Part shown: positions 31,121 to 41,962 of the stretch, piece after piece
Layout of the letters: each line of letters begins with the position of its first letter
Numbering within the stretch: position 1 is the stretch's first letter
DNA from: Nitrosopumilaceae archaeon
Lineage (GTDB): Archaea; Thermoproteota; Nitrososphaeria; Nitrososphaerales; Nitrosopumilaceae
Reading direction: 5' to 3'
Assembly (NCBI GenBank): GCA_965214835.1
Contig: CBDCCK010000002.1
Location: 3,072,001-3,136,000, forward strand
Length of the DNA: 64,000 bases
Translations under genes and position numbers: made by a program
The notes under the pieces: generated by a model
The model's database searches: none
What the model saw: the letters and a program-made list of their open reading frames with translations, nothing else
Told to the model about the DNA's origin: nothing

Positions 31121-31790
31121 TCCTGTTTGAGAGGATTGAACCACGACGCCAGTAATCCCGTTGGCACTACTGGCCCGGCTGCATGCCATCGGACAGCACG
31201 CCAGCGAGCTCTTCGGCCCGAGTGCAGTACCCGGACTAAAGCCGCGTTGATCACAGCGGCAAATCCTTTACAGAACCGCGCACAGCTGCCGTCCAGGAGA
31301 GGTTCACCCATCTTGGATTAGCGTGAGCCCCTCGGGGATCGAACCCGGATCTTAATCGGGCGTATTCTCATCATATTGGGAGCCTATGATTTTCATGCCT
31401 GGCTGGTAGGTGGGACGCGGCCTCATACCACAGATCAGTCGAGATCAGGGCCAGCGACGTGGGCCGCATCCGTTATGATCATGTTGGAGAGTTTAGAGTC
31501 AGACCAGCTGCCGAGCTAGGAAACAGCCCCCATACGATGAGGCCGGCCTTAGAGAACCATGCTCCAAAGGCCATCAAAGCTTGAAGGCTCGAGGCACCAG
31601 TGCAGAATTGCAGGATGCGGCAAAGCTTGAGCAGGAATCGCCATTTAAGAAAATGGGACAATTTGAAAAATCACAGTGCAATCCCTGCCCGGCACAGCAT
31701 GCAAGTGCTCTGCCGCAGCACTGTGCAAAGGGATATTGCCAGAATCCAGCAAGTCGTTTGAAAGAGACAGGCCAGGAATTTTTGAGGCAT

Positions 31791-32724
31791 CTATTCGTAC
31801 AACCAGCACCTGACATAGCCTGTTTCGGTTTTAAACCTGGGAGGAAGCTGCTTGCATTTTTCAACTGCCTGAGGACACCTGCCCAGGAATCTGCACCGTG
31901 TCGGCTCGTCAAGCAAGCTTGGCGGAACTCCTTTGATGTACTTTGGCGTGTCTCCGCCCAGGGTGGGAATTGATTCCAGCAGTCCCTGCGTGTACGGATG
32001 CTTTGGGTTTTTGTAGATCTCTTCAGATGAGCCAAACTCGACAATTTCTCCGCCATACATTATCCCAACGACATCTGAAATCTCCGAAAGTACTGCTAGG
32101 TCGTGCGTAATCAGCATAAAAGACATGCCGTCTTTTTTGAGTTTTTTTTAGCAGATTGATTATCTGAGCCTGGATTAGAACGTCTAGAGCCGTTGTCGGC
32201 TCATCGGCAATAACAAGATGGGGTTTGAGAAGCAGAGCCATTGCAACGGTTACGCGCTGCTTCATCCCACCACTAAGCTCATGCGAGTATTTTTTGAGAA
32301 CGGTGCAGTCCAGACTGACCGAGTCCATTGCGTCGGCAATCACGTGCTTTGAATCACCTGAAAAATTGTGTTGTTTTAGAATCTCCTCGAACTGTTCTTG
32401 TATGGTAAAAACCGGATCAAGGGAATTCATCGCGCCCTGAAACACCATGGAGATTTTCTTCCACCTGTATTCAGAGTCAAACTTTGACTCATCCATGTCC
32501 AGGATCGATTTGCCGCCTCCAATTGAGACCTTGCCTGCCGTAGTACCGCCTTGGAGCATTCGAATTATCGATAGTCCCAGTGTACTCTTGCCACACGCGC
32601 TTTCTCCTGCAATTCCAATCTACTGTCCCTGTTATAGGGTAAAATCAACATCATCAACAGCATATACAGGGCCATCAGCGGAGTTGTACCTTACAGACAA
32701 TCCTTTGACTGTGAGAAAGTCCAT
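31791..32724 (-). pseudogene. Oligopeptide ABC transporter ATP-binding protein (OppD/DppD-like), decayed
   Basis: GESACGKST, ELSGGMKQR, IADEPTTALD, PKHPYTQGLL, C-terminal Cys motif; two in-frame stops near 32620-32635 and a frameshift in the T-runs at about 32133-32149. Confidence 0.9.
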
Positions 32725-33125
32725 AGTCTTGTTGGAAAGGACTAGGATTTTTGCTTTGCACTAGGGAGACAGACAACACGCCCAGAACGACAAAGGTCGG
32801 TTTAAGATGGGGGGCTCCCAGTCTGTGGTTTTGATGCAAAAAACATACTCTGTCCTCAACGTGAGGGCAAAGTCAGTGACTGAACACTAGCGCAAGCAGG
32901 CAGCAGCTCGGGCTCGGAGTTCAGGCGTGGATTTCACCGCCGGAGGCTTTCGCAGATGCCCTGTATTTGGCCAAAAACGACATCCCGGCCATCCGCCAAG
33001 GCAGAAACCCTGCGCGGGCGGACTCCAAGAGCGGTTCAGGGGTAAAATATGGCTTGAGGCCGACAAGAGATTCATCGATGGCCTGTTTTTCCCCGACCTG
33101 GATTTTGTCAATCATCCCAGTCTGG

Positions 33126-33539
33126 GCAGGAGAGAAGATTGAATTCGGGGATGATTTGCTGGATTCACATCTCAGAATTATCGGCGGGAATCATCCAGGA
33201 CTCTTCTTTTTGACTGACTGGCCAGTGAGGCTCAAGTCATTTTACATCAGGGAAAAAGACGAGGATCCGGAACTGTCACGCTCATTTGGCCTGCAGTATG
33301 GATATCTGGAGTTGTCATCCGGCGGGACCAGACTCCACAATCCAGATACCAAGTGCGCCCAAAGGAGCAGGGCTTGGATCCCGTAGTTCCAAGACCATCC
33401 AAAGGCCTTTGATTGGGGAATGCCTCCGCATTCAGGCTGGGGCATGGGACTAGACAGGTTGCTGACCACGCTGGTTGGCATTGACAATGTACGTGAAGTT
33501 GTGCTGTATCCAAGGGATCCCGGCAGGCTGAAGCCTTGA
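33126..33539 (+). pseudogene. aspS: Aspartyl-tRNA synthetase C-terminal fragment
   Basis: FFLTDWP..KSFY, YLELSSGGTRLH, WGMPPHSGWGMGLDRL, NVREVVLYPRDP.RLKP; frameshifted, no N-terminus. Confidence 0.88.
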
Positions 33540-33568
33540 GTTTTGAGAAAGACGTGTGCACTCGGCTG

Positions 33569-36500
33569 CTACCCGGTGTAGGTGATCTTGTAGTATATTC
33601 TGGAGGGCTGATCATCCTTGATTACAGACACGTCAAATGCGCCCATGGGCAACGGCTCGCCATCCAGTGCGGGCACAATTGAGAACTTTTCGAGTTTGGC
33701 ATCAGGCCCGCTGTACCGCACCATATACTGCGAGTCATCAAACGTCACAGTGGTAGATATGGCACCCGGGGCGCGGGTGGATTCGGATACCAGGCAGCCG
33801 GGGGCCTGGCCTATGACACAGGCCCCGCCAGGAGAATGCACCTGAAAGTTGACTGCCGGCTCCTCTCCCCTGGAGGGGGTGATCAGCATGCCGGAGAGCA
33901 CCCTGGGGATCAGCTCAAGTCCCCCGGAGGTCTTTGCCTCTGGCGCAATCGACACGCTTGAGTCAGGTATGCGGCTTGCCTTTTCGATTATTCTGGCGGG
34001 ACCGGGTTCGGGTTTTTCGGCCACGTCAAATGTCACGGACTTGGTATCAAAGCCGGCATCCACAACAATCTCATAAGAGCCGACGCTGTCGGTTTCGGGG
34101 ATGGCGTATGTGTGCGTAAATGCGGCAAGTGGATCCGGCTTCAGAATAGATATGGGACCGGCATGTCTTCCACAGTAAAACGATCCGCAGTAGACTTCAT
34201 GGTCGGATTGCTTGATCACACTGATGGCAAACTGCCCCAGATGCACTATCTTGCTTGGCCGTCCATCCAAAGTCAGGACGTCGCCGGGGTTGTAGGAGTC
34301 CTTGTCCAGGGTCAGGATCAACTCCGGATCCTCGCCGCCCTGAAGATAGCTTTCGGCCACCGAGAAACTCGTTTCTGCCCTCGCGTCATTATAGGATGCA
34401 CGAACCTTGAAGGCTCCCTCATGAAACAAAGAAGGAAGCAGATCAAACGCAGTTGAATAGTATCCGCCCTGATCAGGATAAACGGTCGCAGTGTGAATTG
34501 GGTTCAGGGGTACTCTGGTTGGCATGACCTCTACTGTAACCAACTCGGGAATGCCCAAGCCGTCATGAGTGGCGCCGCGCGGTACTACATATCCGGAAAC
34601 ATAAAGCTTGTCACCTGCCAGATAGACGGACTGGCCGGCGTCTACGGTGATGGGATCCCGATTCAGGGTGTCAGTCTCGGGATTTGCAGATACCTTAAAG
34701 GGCAGATTGGTGCGGATCCCTTCAGCCTCCAGGCCGATGCGATAAACCCCGAGATTGCCAGACTGGGCCGCCCGCTCATTGTCGGCACCGGGTACGACTG
34801 CCCGAGCCGGCGTATTCCAGCTCCAACTAAATGCGCCGCCATCCAGGCTTGCCTCAAACTTGTCGGTATCGCCGTCTGGCTTGTAGAGTGTGATTTGTAC
34901 GCTTCCGCCGCCTGCCGCCCGGATCCCAAGGCTTCCAGACAGTGTCAGCGTCTCTCCCAAGCCGTAGACCTCCTTGTCTAAAGATGCGTCAAGCCCAGTG
35001 CTTCCAGTGTCGGCAGGATCAACAACGGCAAATGAGGTCTGAGACTCGAATTTGTCATGCTGGGCAAGCACGGTATACACGCCCTCAGTGAAAAAGCTGC
35101 GGGTTATCTCGCTGTCAACTGAAAAGACTCCGGCCGGATCAGGTATGGCAGTAAAGTAGAGATCGATTCTGCTGTAAACGCTCCCTGTCAAGTCCTCAGG
35201 GCCCCCCACAAATGACAGTATCCTGCCACCAGAGTCCCTTATTTCAATATGTACGGGGTCGGCCTCAAAGGTACCCTGATAGTCCATTATAAGGCCAGAT
35301 ATCTTCAGGGGATCCCCGATGCCGTAGGATGCCTTGTCCACGGATACGATGAACGGATCGGTAACCTCAACGAATGTACCCGGATCCTCAACTATTGCAA
35401 ACTTGGTTGTAAACGTCCCAATCTCTCCGGATACTGTCACGCGATACTCGCCAAAGCTGGCAAAAGAGTCAGGAATTGGGACGCCATAGGAAAACGTTCC
35501 GTCGCCCTCCAGCCTAAGGGTGTCTAGAACCTTCAGTCCGGTGCCTCCGGCGGTGCCTGGCGCCAGGCTTGCAGAGCGCAGAATCTCAAGGGACAGCGCC
35601 GGGACGTGGTACATGTTTGAGCGTCCAGATATTTCCACGGTATCCCCCGGCCGGTAGACAGGCCTGTCGGTCTCTAGGGATACTATTGACGGATCCTTTT
35701 CGTCAGGGATCACCGAGAAGTAATGTTCTGCGTCCTGGGAGGAATACTCGGCCGCTATCTGATATGTGCCATAGACTGGAGACACGGTATCGATGAATAG
35801 CTCGGTGACAAAGTGGGACTGAGCCTCGCCGCCAGTGTTTGCACCGGGGCGTGGGAACAGAGTGCCCTCCTCAACGACGCTGCCGCCAGGATCCACTATG
35901 TTGAACCTTAGCCCCGCATATGGAACCTCCTCGGTTGTGGTAGCCGAGATTGTTGCAGTCTGGCCCGGAACATAAGAGTCAGAGTCCGTCTGGATTGAAA
36001 GCACGCCGGACTGCCTCTCGTGGACTGTAACTGCCGGGTGCCCTACAGAAAACTGCGCAGTGCCTATTTCGCCGGAATATTCTGCAGTGATGTTATAGGC
36101 TCCCTGCTTGACTCCCATGACCTCCTGCAGGGCCAGGGTTGTGGAGAACTCCAAAGAGGCGCCAGGGTACAGGGTTACTGTGCTTTGATAGTCCGGGCCG
36201 TCAACGGTAATCAAAATGAACTCCGGCAAAAAGGTGGGCTTTTCAACAAACACCCTCTCAGATACCGTGCCGGAGATGATGGCAGTCTCGCCAAGCACGT
36301 AGGAGGTCCGGTCAGAGCCGACGGTGATCAGGACGGGGGTTGGCTTAAAGACGGCCTCAACACTGCCGTTTGCTACCCCGGCAGTCGAGGTGGCAAAGAC
36401 CCAGTCAGAGGTAGAGTCGGAGTCCAAGCCGTCATAGACTCGCTGCCAGGAGCCATAACCGTCGACGGTGTCATACAGTGCGGGGGTCTTGTCGACAACG

Positions 36501-36853
36501 GTTCCCTGTGAGTCTCGAAGCTCTATGGACTCTGACAGATCAGAGAACCAGGTGGGCTGGTATGAAAAAATCTGGTACTGTCCCGGCTTTAGCTCAAAGA
36601 CGGGCGGGATTGTCAGGGTTTTTTTGAAGACGACAGTTGATGCAATCTCCCATCCTCCGATGTCTACCGGTTCGGTGGTGGGATTATAGATCTCAACCCA
36701 TTCCGCAGCAGACTGCGCGTCATCTCCTGGGGGGTTGGTGTCAACCTCGTTGATTACCACATGATCTGCAAGCTCCAGTGCATGCGAGTCGGCATGCAGC
36801 AGGGAGGAGAATGCCACAGCCAGTGCCAGCAATAATACAGCCCGGGTTTTCAT
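33569..36853 (-). CDS. Secreted lamin-tail-domain protein with Ig-like (D..Y..GD) repeats
   Basis: Signal peptide MKTRAVLLLALAVAF; VVINEVDTNPPG..EWVEIYNPT..VDIGGW LTD motif. Confidence 0.88.
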   Translation of the reverse strand: MKTRAVLLLALAVAFSSLLHADSHALELADHVVINEVDTNPPGDDAQSAAEWVEIYNPTTEPVDIGGWEIASTVVFKKTLTIPPVFELKPGQYQIFSYQPTWFSDLSESIELRDSQGTVVDKTPALYDTVDGYGSWQRVYDGLDSDSTSDWVFATSTAGVANGSVEAVFKPTPVLITVGSDRTSYVLGETAIISGTVSERVFVEKPTFLPEFILITVDGPDYQSTVTLYPGASLEFSTTLALQEVMGVKQGAYNITAEYSGEIGTAQFSVGHPAVTVHERQSGVLSIQTDSDSYVPGQTATISATTTEEVPYAGLRFNIVDPGGSVVEEGTLFPRPGANTGGEAQSHFVTELFIDTVSPVYGTYQIAAEYSSQDAEHYFSVIPDEKDPSIVSLETDRPVYRPGDTVEISGRSNMYHVPALSLEILRSASLAPGTAGGTGLKVLDTLRLEGDGTFSYGVPIPDSFASFGEYRVTVSGEIGTFTTKFAIVEDPGTFVEVTDPFIVSVDKASYGIGDPLKISGLIMDYQGTFEADPVHIEIRDSGGRILSFVGGPEDLTGSVYSRIDLYFTAIPDPAGVFSVDSEITRSFFTEGVYTVLAQHDKFESQTSFAVVDPADTGSTGLDASLDKEVYGLGETLTLSGSLGIRAAGGGSVQITLYKPDGDTDKFEASLDGGAFSWSWNTPARAVVPGADNERAAQSGNLGVYRIGLEAEGIRTNLPFKVSANPETDTLNRDPITVDAGQSVYLAGDKLYVSGYVVPRGATHDGLGIPELVTVEVMPTRVPLNPIHTATVYPDQGGYYSTAFDLLPSLFHEGAFKVRASYNDARAETSFSVAESYLQGGEDPELILTLDKDSYNPGDVLTLDGRPSKIVHLGQFAISVIKQSDHEVYCGSFYCGRHAGPISILKPDPLAAFTHTYAIPETDSVGSYEIVVDAGFDTKSVTFDVAEKPEPGPARIIEKASRIPDSSVSIAPEAKTSGGLELIPRVLSGMLITPSRGEEPAVNFQVHSPGGACVIGQAPGCLVSESTRAPGAISTTVTFDDSQYMVRYSGPDAKLEKFSIVPALDGEPLPMGAFDVSVIKDDQPSRIYYKITYTG

Positions 36854-36981
36854 ATCCTTACACTGAAGGCACGAAACGATCATTTTAGAGTGAAATTGAG
36901 TAAAAGTTGAGCTGGTTGTTAAAGTCGTATGCCTTTGACGCACAAGACCAGACAGCCTTTTTGCGTATTAAGGCGTGCTGA

Positions 36982-37230
36982 TCATTTATACCCGGCATCG
37001 CAGTTTGGGCATTTTTTGCCCGCCAGCCTGGCCCCGCACTCAGCACAAAGTCCCTGGCCGGCAGCGTCCATTATCTGGCGGCGCCTGCGTCCAACAAACA
37101 CCTTGACTCCAAAATATACCAAGAACGCGACTGCCAGAGCGTACCCTATTCCGATGAACGGGGACAGGCCCAGCATGAACATGATCGAGGCCCCGATCAG
37201 GACAAGGTCACGCCTTTCAAACTGCATCAA
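36982..37230 (-). CDS. Small membrane protein with C-terminal zinc ribbon
   Basis: Two TM helices plus CAEC..CPNC. Confidence 0.7.
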   Translation of the reverse strand: MMQFERRDLVLIGASIMFMLGLSPFIGIGYALAVAFLVYFGVKVFVGRRRRQIMDAAGQGLCAECGARLAGKKCPNCDAGYK

Positions 37231-37380
37231 AGGACAGACCTGCGAATTTGATAAAAATCTATGCCGGAACTCAGAGCCATAAAGCGTTACTTCACCAAAA
37301 AGTCATTACTCTAACTCTTCTTCATCGTCCAGGCAGTACAGCATGCCCGGGCCGGGATAATAATTCTTTTTGGAGGGGCC

Positions 37381-38657
37381 CAGCTAAGTGAAAAGTACCC
37401 CAGATCCGGCGTCATGGAGGGGGCTTGGGCTCCCTGAGATACACCGCCATGCCCTCCTTGAACACCGGGCATTGTCATGACGTTTTGCACCCCGGATCCC
37501 TCGACAGAGCAGTGCCCTGGCAGTTATCCACTCGTTGAACAGTATCATCGAGTAGTAAAAGCACAGGCATCCTAGCGGCTAGGTCGACGGTCCGGGTCTT
37601 GGCCCTGCATTCTGTCTTGGCGTATCCTGTCTCGATTCCCCACCTTGAAGAGTACGACTCGATCCTGATCCCGGGCCGGTTCGCTGCAAACCCGATGAAC
37701 TTTTTCTCCGGCCTGTCCTCCTTTGATGTACCTACGGGCTTGCCGTCATCCCCGGGCTTTTTTCTCTCCGTTATTACAATCGAATACGTGGCAAAAGCCG
37801 TGCCGTTCTCGATTATATTCCTGGATGCCCCGGGCCTCTTATCGTCATCAAACTCGTTGAGTGCTGCGACTATATTGCCCGTGTTCATGCACGGCATCAG
37901 GAACTTGACATTTCTTTTCTGCAGCATGGCAATCACCTCAACTGAGAAGAACCCGCGGCCAGACAACAGGAGGCGCGCCTTGATGCCGGCCCGCTCAAGC
38001 CGGCCAAGGATCAAACCGGCAGATTCAGGCACGGAACCGGGCCTTTTTACGTGCAGCACGCCCAGTGTCAGGCCCAGCCCGTCGTCGACGCACTGTACGG
38101 TGACGTACCGCTCGGCGTATGTCGTCCCGTCCTTTTTCTTCTGACGCGACAGGTTCCCGTCGGGCCTTCTGTCATAGCGGGAGATCTTGTGCATGTCCAT
38201 TGCTATTGTCAGCCCGCACTTTGGAATCCTTCCGGCCCTGCTTAACCTTTCACGCTGCCGTTTTATCTGCGCCTCAAAGGCCTCCTGTGCGGCCTCCGAG
38301 GTGGTCGCCTTGATCCTGTAGGCGTGCCACCGGGCAGAGGAACCGGTGCCGCTTGTACGCGTCGTGGCGTTGATGCACCCGCCCACCGATGCGTCCATGA
38401 GGGCGCCGCGCATCATGCCGCGGTTCAGGTCGTCGATCCCGTATATGGCGTTGTGTTTCCCGGACATTCTGACGCAGGAAAGCATTCCTTGTGTCCTCTA
38501 ACATATTGGTATATGCGTGGGTTGCCTTTAAGATCGCGACACTGTACGGCTTTTTGTTTGCTCAACGAAAACCACGGGGCCGCACCCCAATTGATCTGTT
38601 TGCATCTCCCAGTGTTGTCAGGATGGTCTAAATTCCTTGATTTTCTGCCTGGCTGGC
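37381..38657 (-). mobile_element. ISH3-family element with degenerate transposase (37475-38485)
   Basis: End cagctaagtgaaaagtacccca; AMDMH..RYD; LSGRGFFS (catalytic D lost); YSSRWGIETGY; other end truncated. Confidence 0.87.
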
Positions 38658-38702
38658 GTCCTAGGAACCTTTTTCAAATCTTTAAAAACCCCCGTTCCCT
38701 AC

Positions 38703-38782
38703 TAGCCTGTTGCATAACCCCGATTTTAGGCACGAAAAACTGGCTGTTTTTACGCTTTCAGGCACGGTTATGCAACAGGCTA
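38703..38782. mobile_element. MITE family C (80 bp)
   Basis: 17-bp TIR tagcctgttgcataacc/ggttatgcaacaggcta; 8-bp TSD ttccctac. Confidence 0.9.
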
Positions 38783-38792
38783 TTCCCTACCA

Positions 38793-38859
38793 TGCTTAGA
38801 GTAGTGGCCTTCGGCCACAGCGGAAAGCAACGCGGAGTTTCTCCCCTAGCTTTCCTTTT
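38793..38859 (-). ncRNA. Candidate DUF3800-associated structured RNA
   Basis: Starts directly after the DUF3800 stop; GGAAAGC/GCUUUCC stem enclosing GGAG-AAA-CUCC, then GUGGCC-GAA-GGCCAC hairpin; GC-rich against an AT-rich gene. Confidence 0.55.
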
Positions 38860-39700
38860 TTATGGAAATTTCTTCAGACCATAATTTCGGTAGGAACTGG
38901 TTTTAGGATTGTAATCGAATTTTGTTTCAATTTTTTTATAAATTTCATTCCAAGATTTCGTAGATTTATTGTCAGGGTTGCTTCCGGTTCTATGGTGTTT
39001 TCTAATCCCATATGCCATACAATCCACAAGCTGAGACAGATTTCTCCATTTAGAATCCGTGAAGAGAGGATCTTCAATGATGCATTCTAACTGGGAATGA
39101 ATCGTTCCATGTCTGAGCATATCAATCAGCTTGTTTCTCAATTTTTGATCTTTTACCGTGCCTTCGGTATCTAAAATCATGATACCGTATTCATATTGGA
39201 GTCCGTCATGAACGTTTACCATGTTTTTTCTTCTGATGAACATATTCAATCTTTCAATAAGCCTATACGCCCATTAGACTTTATGCGTAATCGACCTGAA
39301 TGAGATGAATTTGTTCCTAATAATCCTAGATCTGAACCGATTACGCATAAAGTCTATTGTTCAGCATCAACATTGTGGTACAGGTTGTTCTTTTCAATCA
39401 ATGAGGCAATTATCGTAATTTTAGTCGCATGGTCTGCCACAAAATTAAAAATATCATCCAGTATCTCAAAAATTTTATTCCAAGAAAGTGATTTGAAAAT
39501 TCCTCCCTATTCATCATGTCTTTGGCATGAAATTCCACTTTTTCGTCCGGTAAACTGGGAAAATGCTTCAGTTTGATTTGTTTAATCTTGTTATCAAGAT
39601 CTTGATAATTTTGTTCTTTGATTATCACAGATGCCAATGTGAAACTTTCAGGATCGGATTGCTCTGGCCTGCCAGATGCGTCCAAGTATATGATAAACAT
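38860..39700 (-). pseudogene. DUF3800 family (RNase H-like) protein, frameshifted and MITE-disrupted
   Basis: IYLDASG, EFHAKD, FTDSK..LSQLVDCMAY, GLKKFP* motifs; frameshift near 39510; MITE at 39275-39356. Confidence 0.85.
39275..39356. mobile_element. MITE family D (82 bp) inside DUF3800
   Basis: 19-bp TIR tagactttatgcgtaatcg/cgattacgcataaagtcta; related end at 51368; no TSD seen. Confidence 0.8.
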
Positions 39701-39729
39701 GTATTGGGAATCACAATATTAGAAATAAG

Positions 39730-39821
39730 ATACGAGGTCACCTACCCCCATCAGTCAGGCACGAATTAGATGCATGATTGTGATTTTCGTGCCTAGCTAA
39801 CAAGGGGACGTGACCACATAC
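39730..39821. mobile_element. MITE family E (92 bp) with ends matching the IS66 at 28276
   Basis: atacgaggtcac...gtgaccacatac ends; 8-bp TSD gaaataag; internal palindrome ggcacgaa/ttcgtgcc. Confidence 0.8.
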
Positions 39822-39843
39822 GAAATAAGTCTATTACCGCAGG

Positions 39844-40263
39844 CAGTAGTTCCGATTGTGGCCTGAAAATGCAGTAAAATGACAGGTTTTTCTGATCAAC
39901 CAGATCTATAGACGGGGGCCCGGCAGTACCTGCGTGCCAAAACGGGACAAGGCCGTTCAGCTGTGCGGACACAGGGAGCGCAAAATGTACCAGGCGGCCG
40001 TCTCGTCCATAGGCATGAGGTTCTCCGACAGACCCAACGCGATATACGGCAAGGCGGATGCCGCGGCTCTACTGGCAACGATGTCCAGGGAGCGCATGTG
40101 CGCCGAGCAGGCCTCGGAGACGCTCCGGGATTCTGCGGGCCGCAGCCCCGGCGCCGACTGGCTGCTTGGCAAGATGGGCCATATACGGTACGAGACGATG
40201 CACAGGAGGGCAGACCGGATCCTGGACAGGACGGTCAGGGATTCCATAAAGGGCCCGGCCTGA
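39844..40263 (+). pseudogene. ISH3-family 5' fragment
   Basis: cagtagtt end; FSDRPNAIYG...PGADWLLGKM is homologous to the N-terminus of the 40493-41740 transposase. Confidence 0.7.
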
Positions 40264-40383
40264 GGTTCTGTGTAAAATTGGGGATATGGAATTTCACCGG
40301 ATTCGGATTTTCCTTGGTTTGGTGGCCAGATCTCTAAGCCAGAGATGTTTGGAAATATGCATAATCTTGGACACCTGAAAGTG

Positions 40384-41885
40384 GGGGCTGTCGCCCAATT
40401 CCACTTATTTGACTCAACCTGCACATTTTTCTGAATTTCCGCCCTTTTACACGCCTGATCCCAGTAGTTGAAAATGTACCCCATAAATCCGTCTAGCCGG
40501 GATCATGCCGCCGTCGCCCCACCCCGATCCTGTCGGCATCCGGCGCACGGAGGCAGCACGAATACAGGACCACGGCATACATCAGAGTCAGCAGCGCCAT
40601 GACGCGGGTCTTTGGGTCTCCCGAGTCCCTCATTGTCAGCCATATGTTGCATACTGCAAGCGACATGTAAAACAAAAGCACACGCAGGACAGGATTCCTG
40701 CTGGTGGTCCGCGGCCTGACGCTCTTGGCACAGCGGTATCCGGTCTCTATGCCCCACCTGTTCCGGTACTCTCTTGTCACATGGCAGAACAGCTGCCGAT
40801 AGCTGCAGCAGCGCACCGTGGTCGCAAACACGTGGTATCTGTCAAAGACGTTCTTTGCCTTGGACCTTGAGATCTTCTTGATGACCAGCGTGAACGTGAA
40901 CTCTTTGCCGTCTGACGACCTCATGGTATACCTTGATACTGCCTTTCTCTTGCCGCGGGCGCGCTGCACTATGGCCCTCTTTATCCCCGGCGTCTTGACT
41001 GCGGGCATGATGAATGCAAACCCGGGTTCGGATATGGCATCCATTACATCGACCGAAAAGAACCCCCTGTCAAGCAGGATGATGCTGCGCCTTGACCCGA
41101 GCCTGGGCGTAATGCCCAGATCGGCGCATTTTTTGAGCATATTACGCACCAGATCGGCCTGTTTGTCGCCCTCGGTCACCATGCGGCAGGCCGTATGCAC
41201 GTCGGCGCCGGCCTTGGATGTCAGCTTGCATGTCATGTACTGCTCATAGTTGATGGTGCCCCTGTCGCGCTTTGACTTTACCAGGTGCTTTATGTCGGTT
41301 TTCTTGTCGTATCTGGGCAGCTTGGTCTCGTCTATGGCAAGGACAGGCGCCTTGTGGCTCCTTTGGAGGGAGCAAAGCTGCCTGCCCACCGCCTCGGCGG
41401 CCGTGTAATGCAGCATTGCATCGCACCTTTTCTCCATCGTGGACAGTCTTGCGTGCCCCAGCTTTGCAAGAAGCCAGGCCGAGCTGGGCACCGCGGCCCC
41501 GGCGCCTTCTGATGCAAGAAGTGCAAGCTTTTGGGCGGTATAGTGCGCACATGCGGAACGCTCCGACATGGATGCAATCAGGCGGGAGGCGTCTTCCAGG
41601 CCCCACATGGCGTTGTGTCTTGAGGAGAACTTGATTTTCAGCATGCCTACTGCGGTAACCAAGAATTTAAATCCGGCCTCACCGTACCTTGTGTGGTGTT
41701 TCTGTTGGGTTTGGTTCATTATCAAGGTAGACAGGAACACCGCTGTTTATAGCTCGATTGGTGAAAAAATCATGTCAACTTGTTCAAAACATTCAGACAC
41801 TTAAAAAGGGGGTACATTTTCAACTACTGGATCCATATGGCAACTCAATGTTTTTCAGGAATTCTGATGAATTAGGCAATAACCC
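40384..41885. mobile_element. MITE family B copy split by an ISH3 insertion
   Basis: ggggctgtcgcccaatt at 40384 and aattaggcaataaccc ending at 41885; the halves join at the gatcc TSD. Confidence 0.8.
40462..41829 (-). mobile_element. Intact ISH3-family IS (transposase 40493-41740)
   Basis: Perfect 21-bp TIR cagtagttgaaaatgtacccc; 5-bp TSD gatcc; LAIDET, LLDRGFFS, YRNRWGIETGYR, RTTSRN motifs. Confidence 0.95.
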
Positions 41886-41897
41886 ACTTATTACCAG

Positions 41898-41945
41898 CAG
41901 ACTATGTTTAGTATGACTATTTATATTGGTCATGCCAATAGTCTG
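41898..41945 (+). promoter_or_regulatory. Palindromic operator overlapping the TATA box of the wHTH/NTase operon
   Basis: cagactat...atagtctg and imperfect tagtatgacta/tggtcatgcca arms around TTTATA. Confidence 0.55.
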
Positions 41946-41962
41946 ACTAGTTAGGTGATGTT

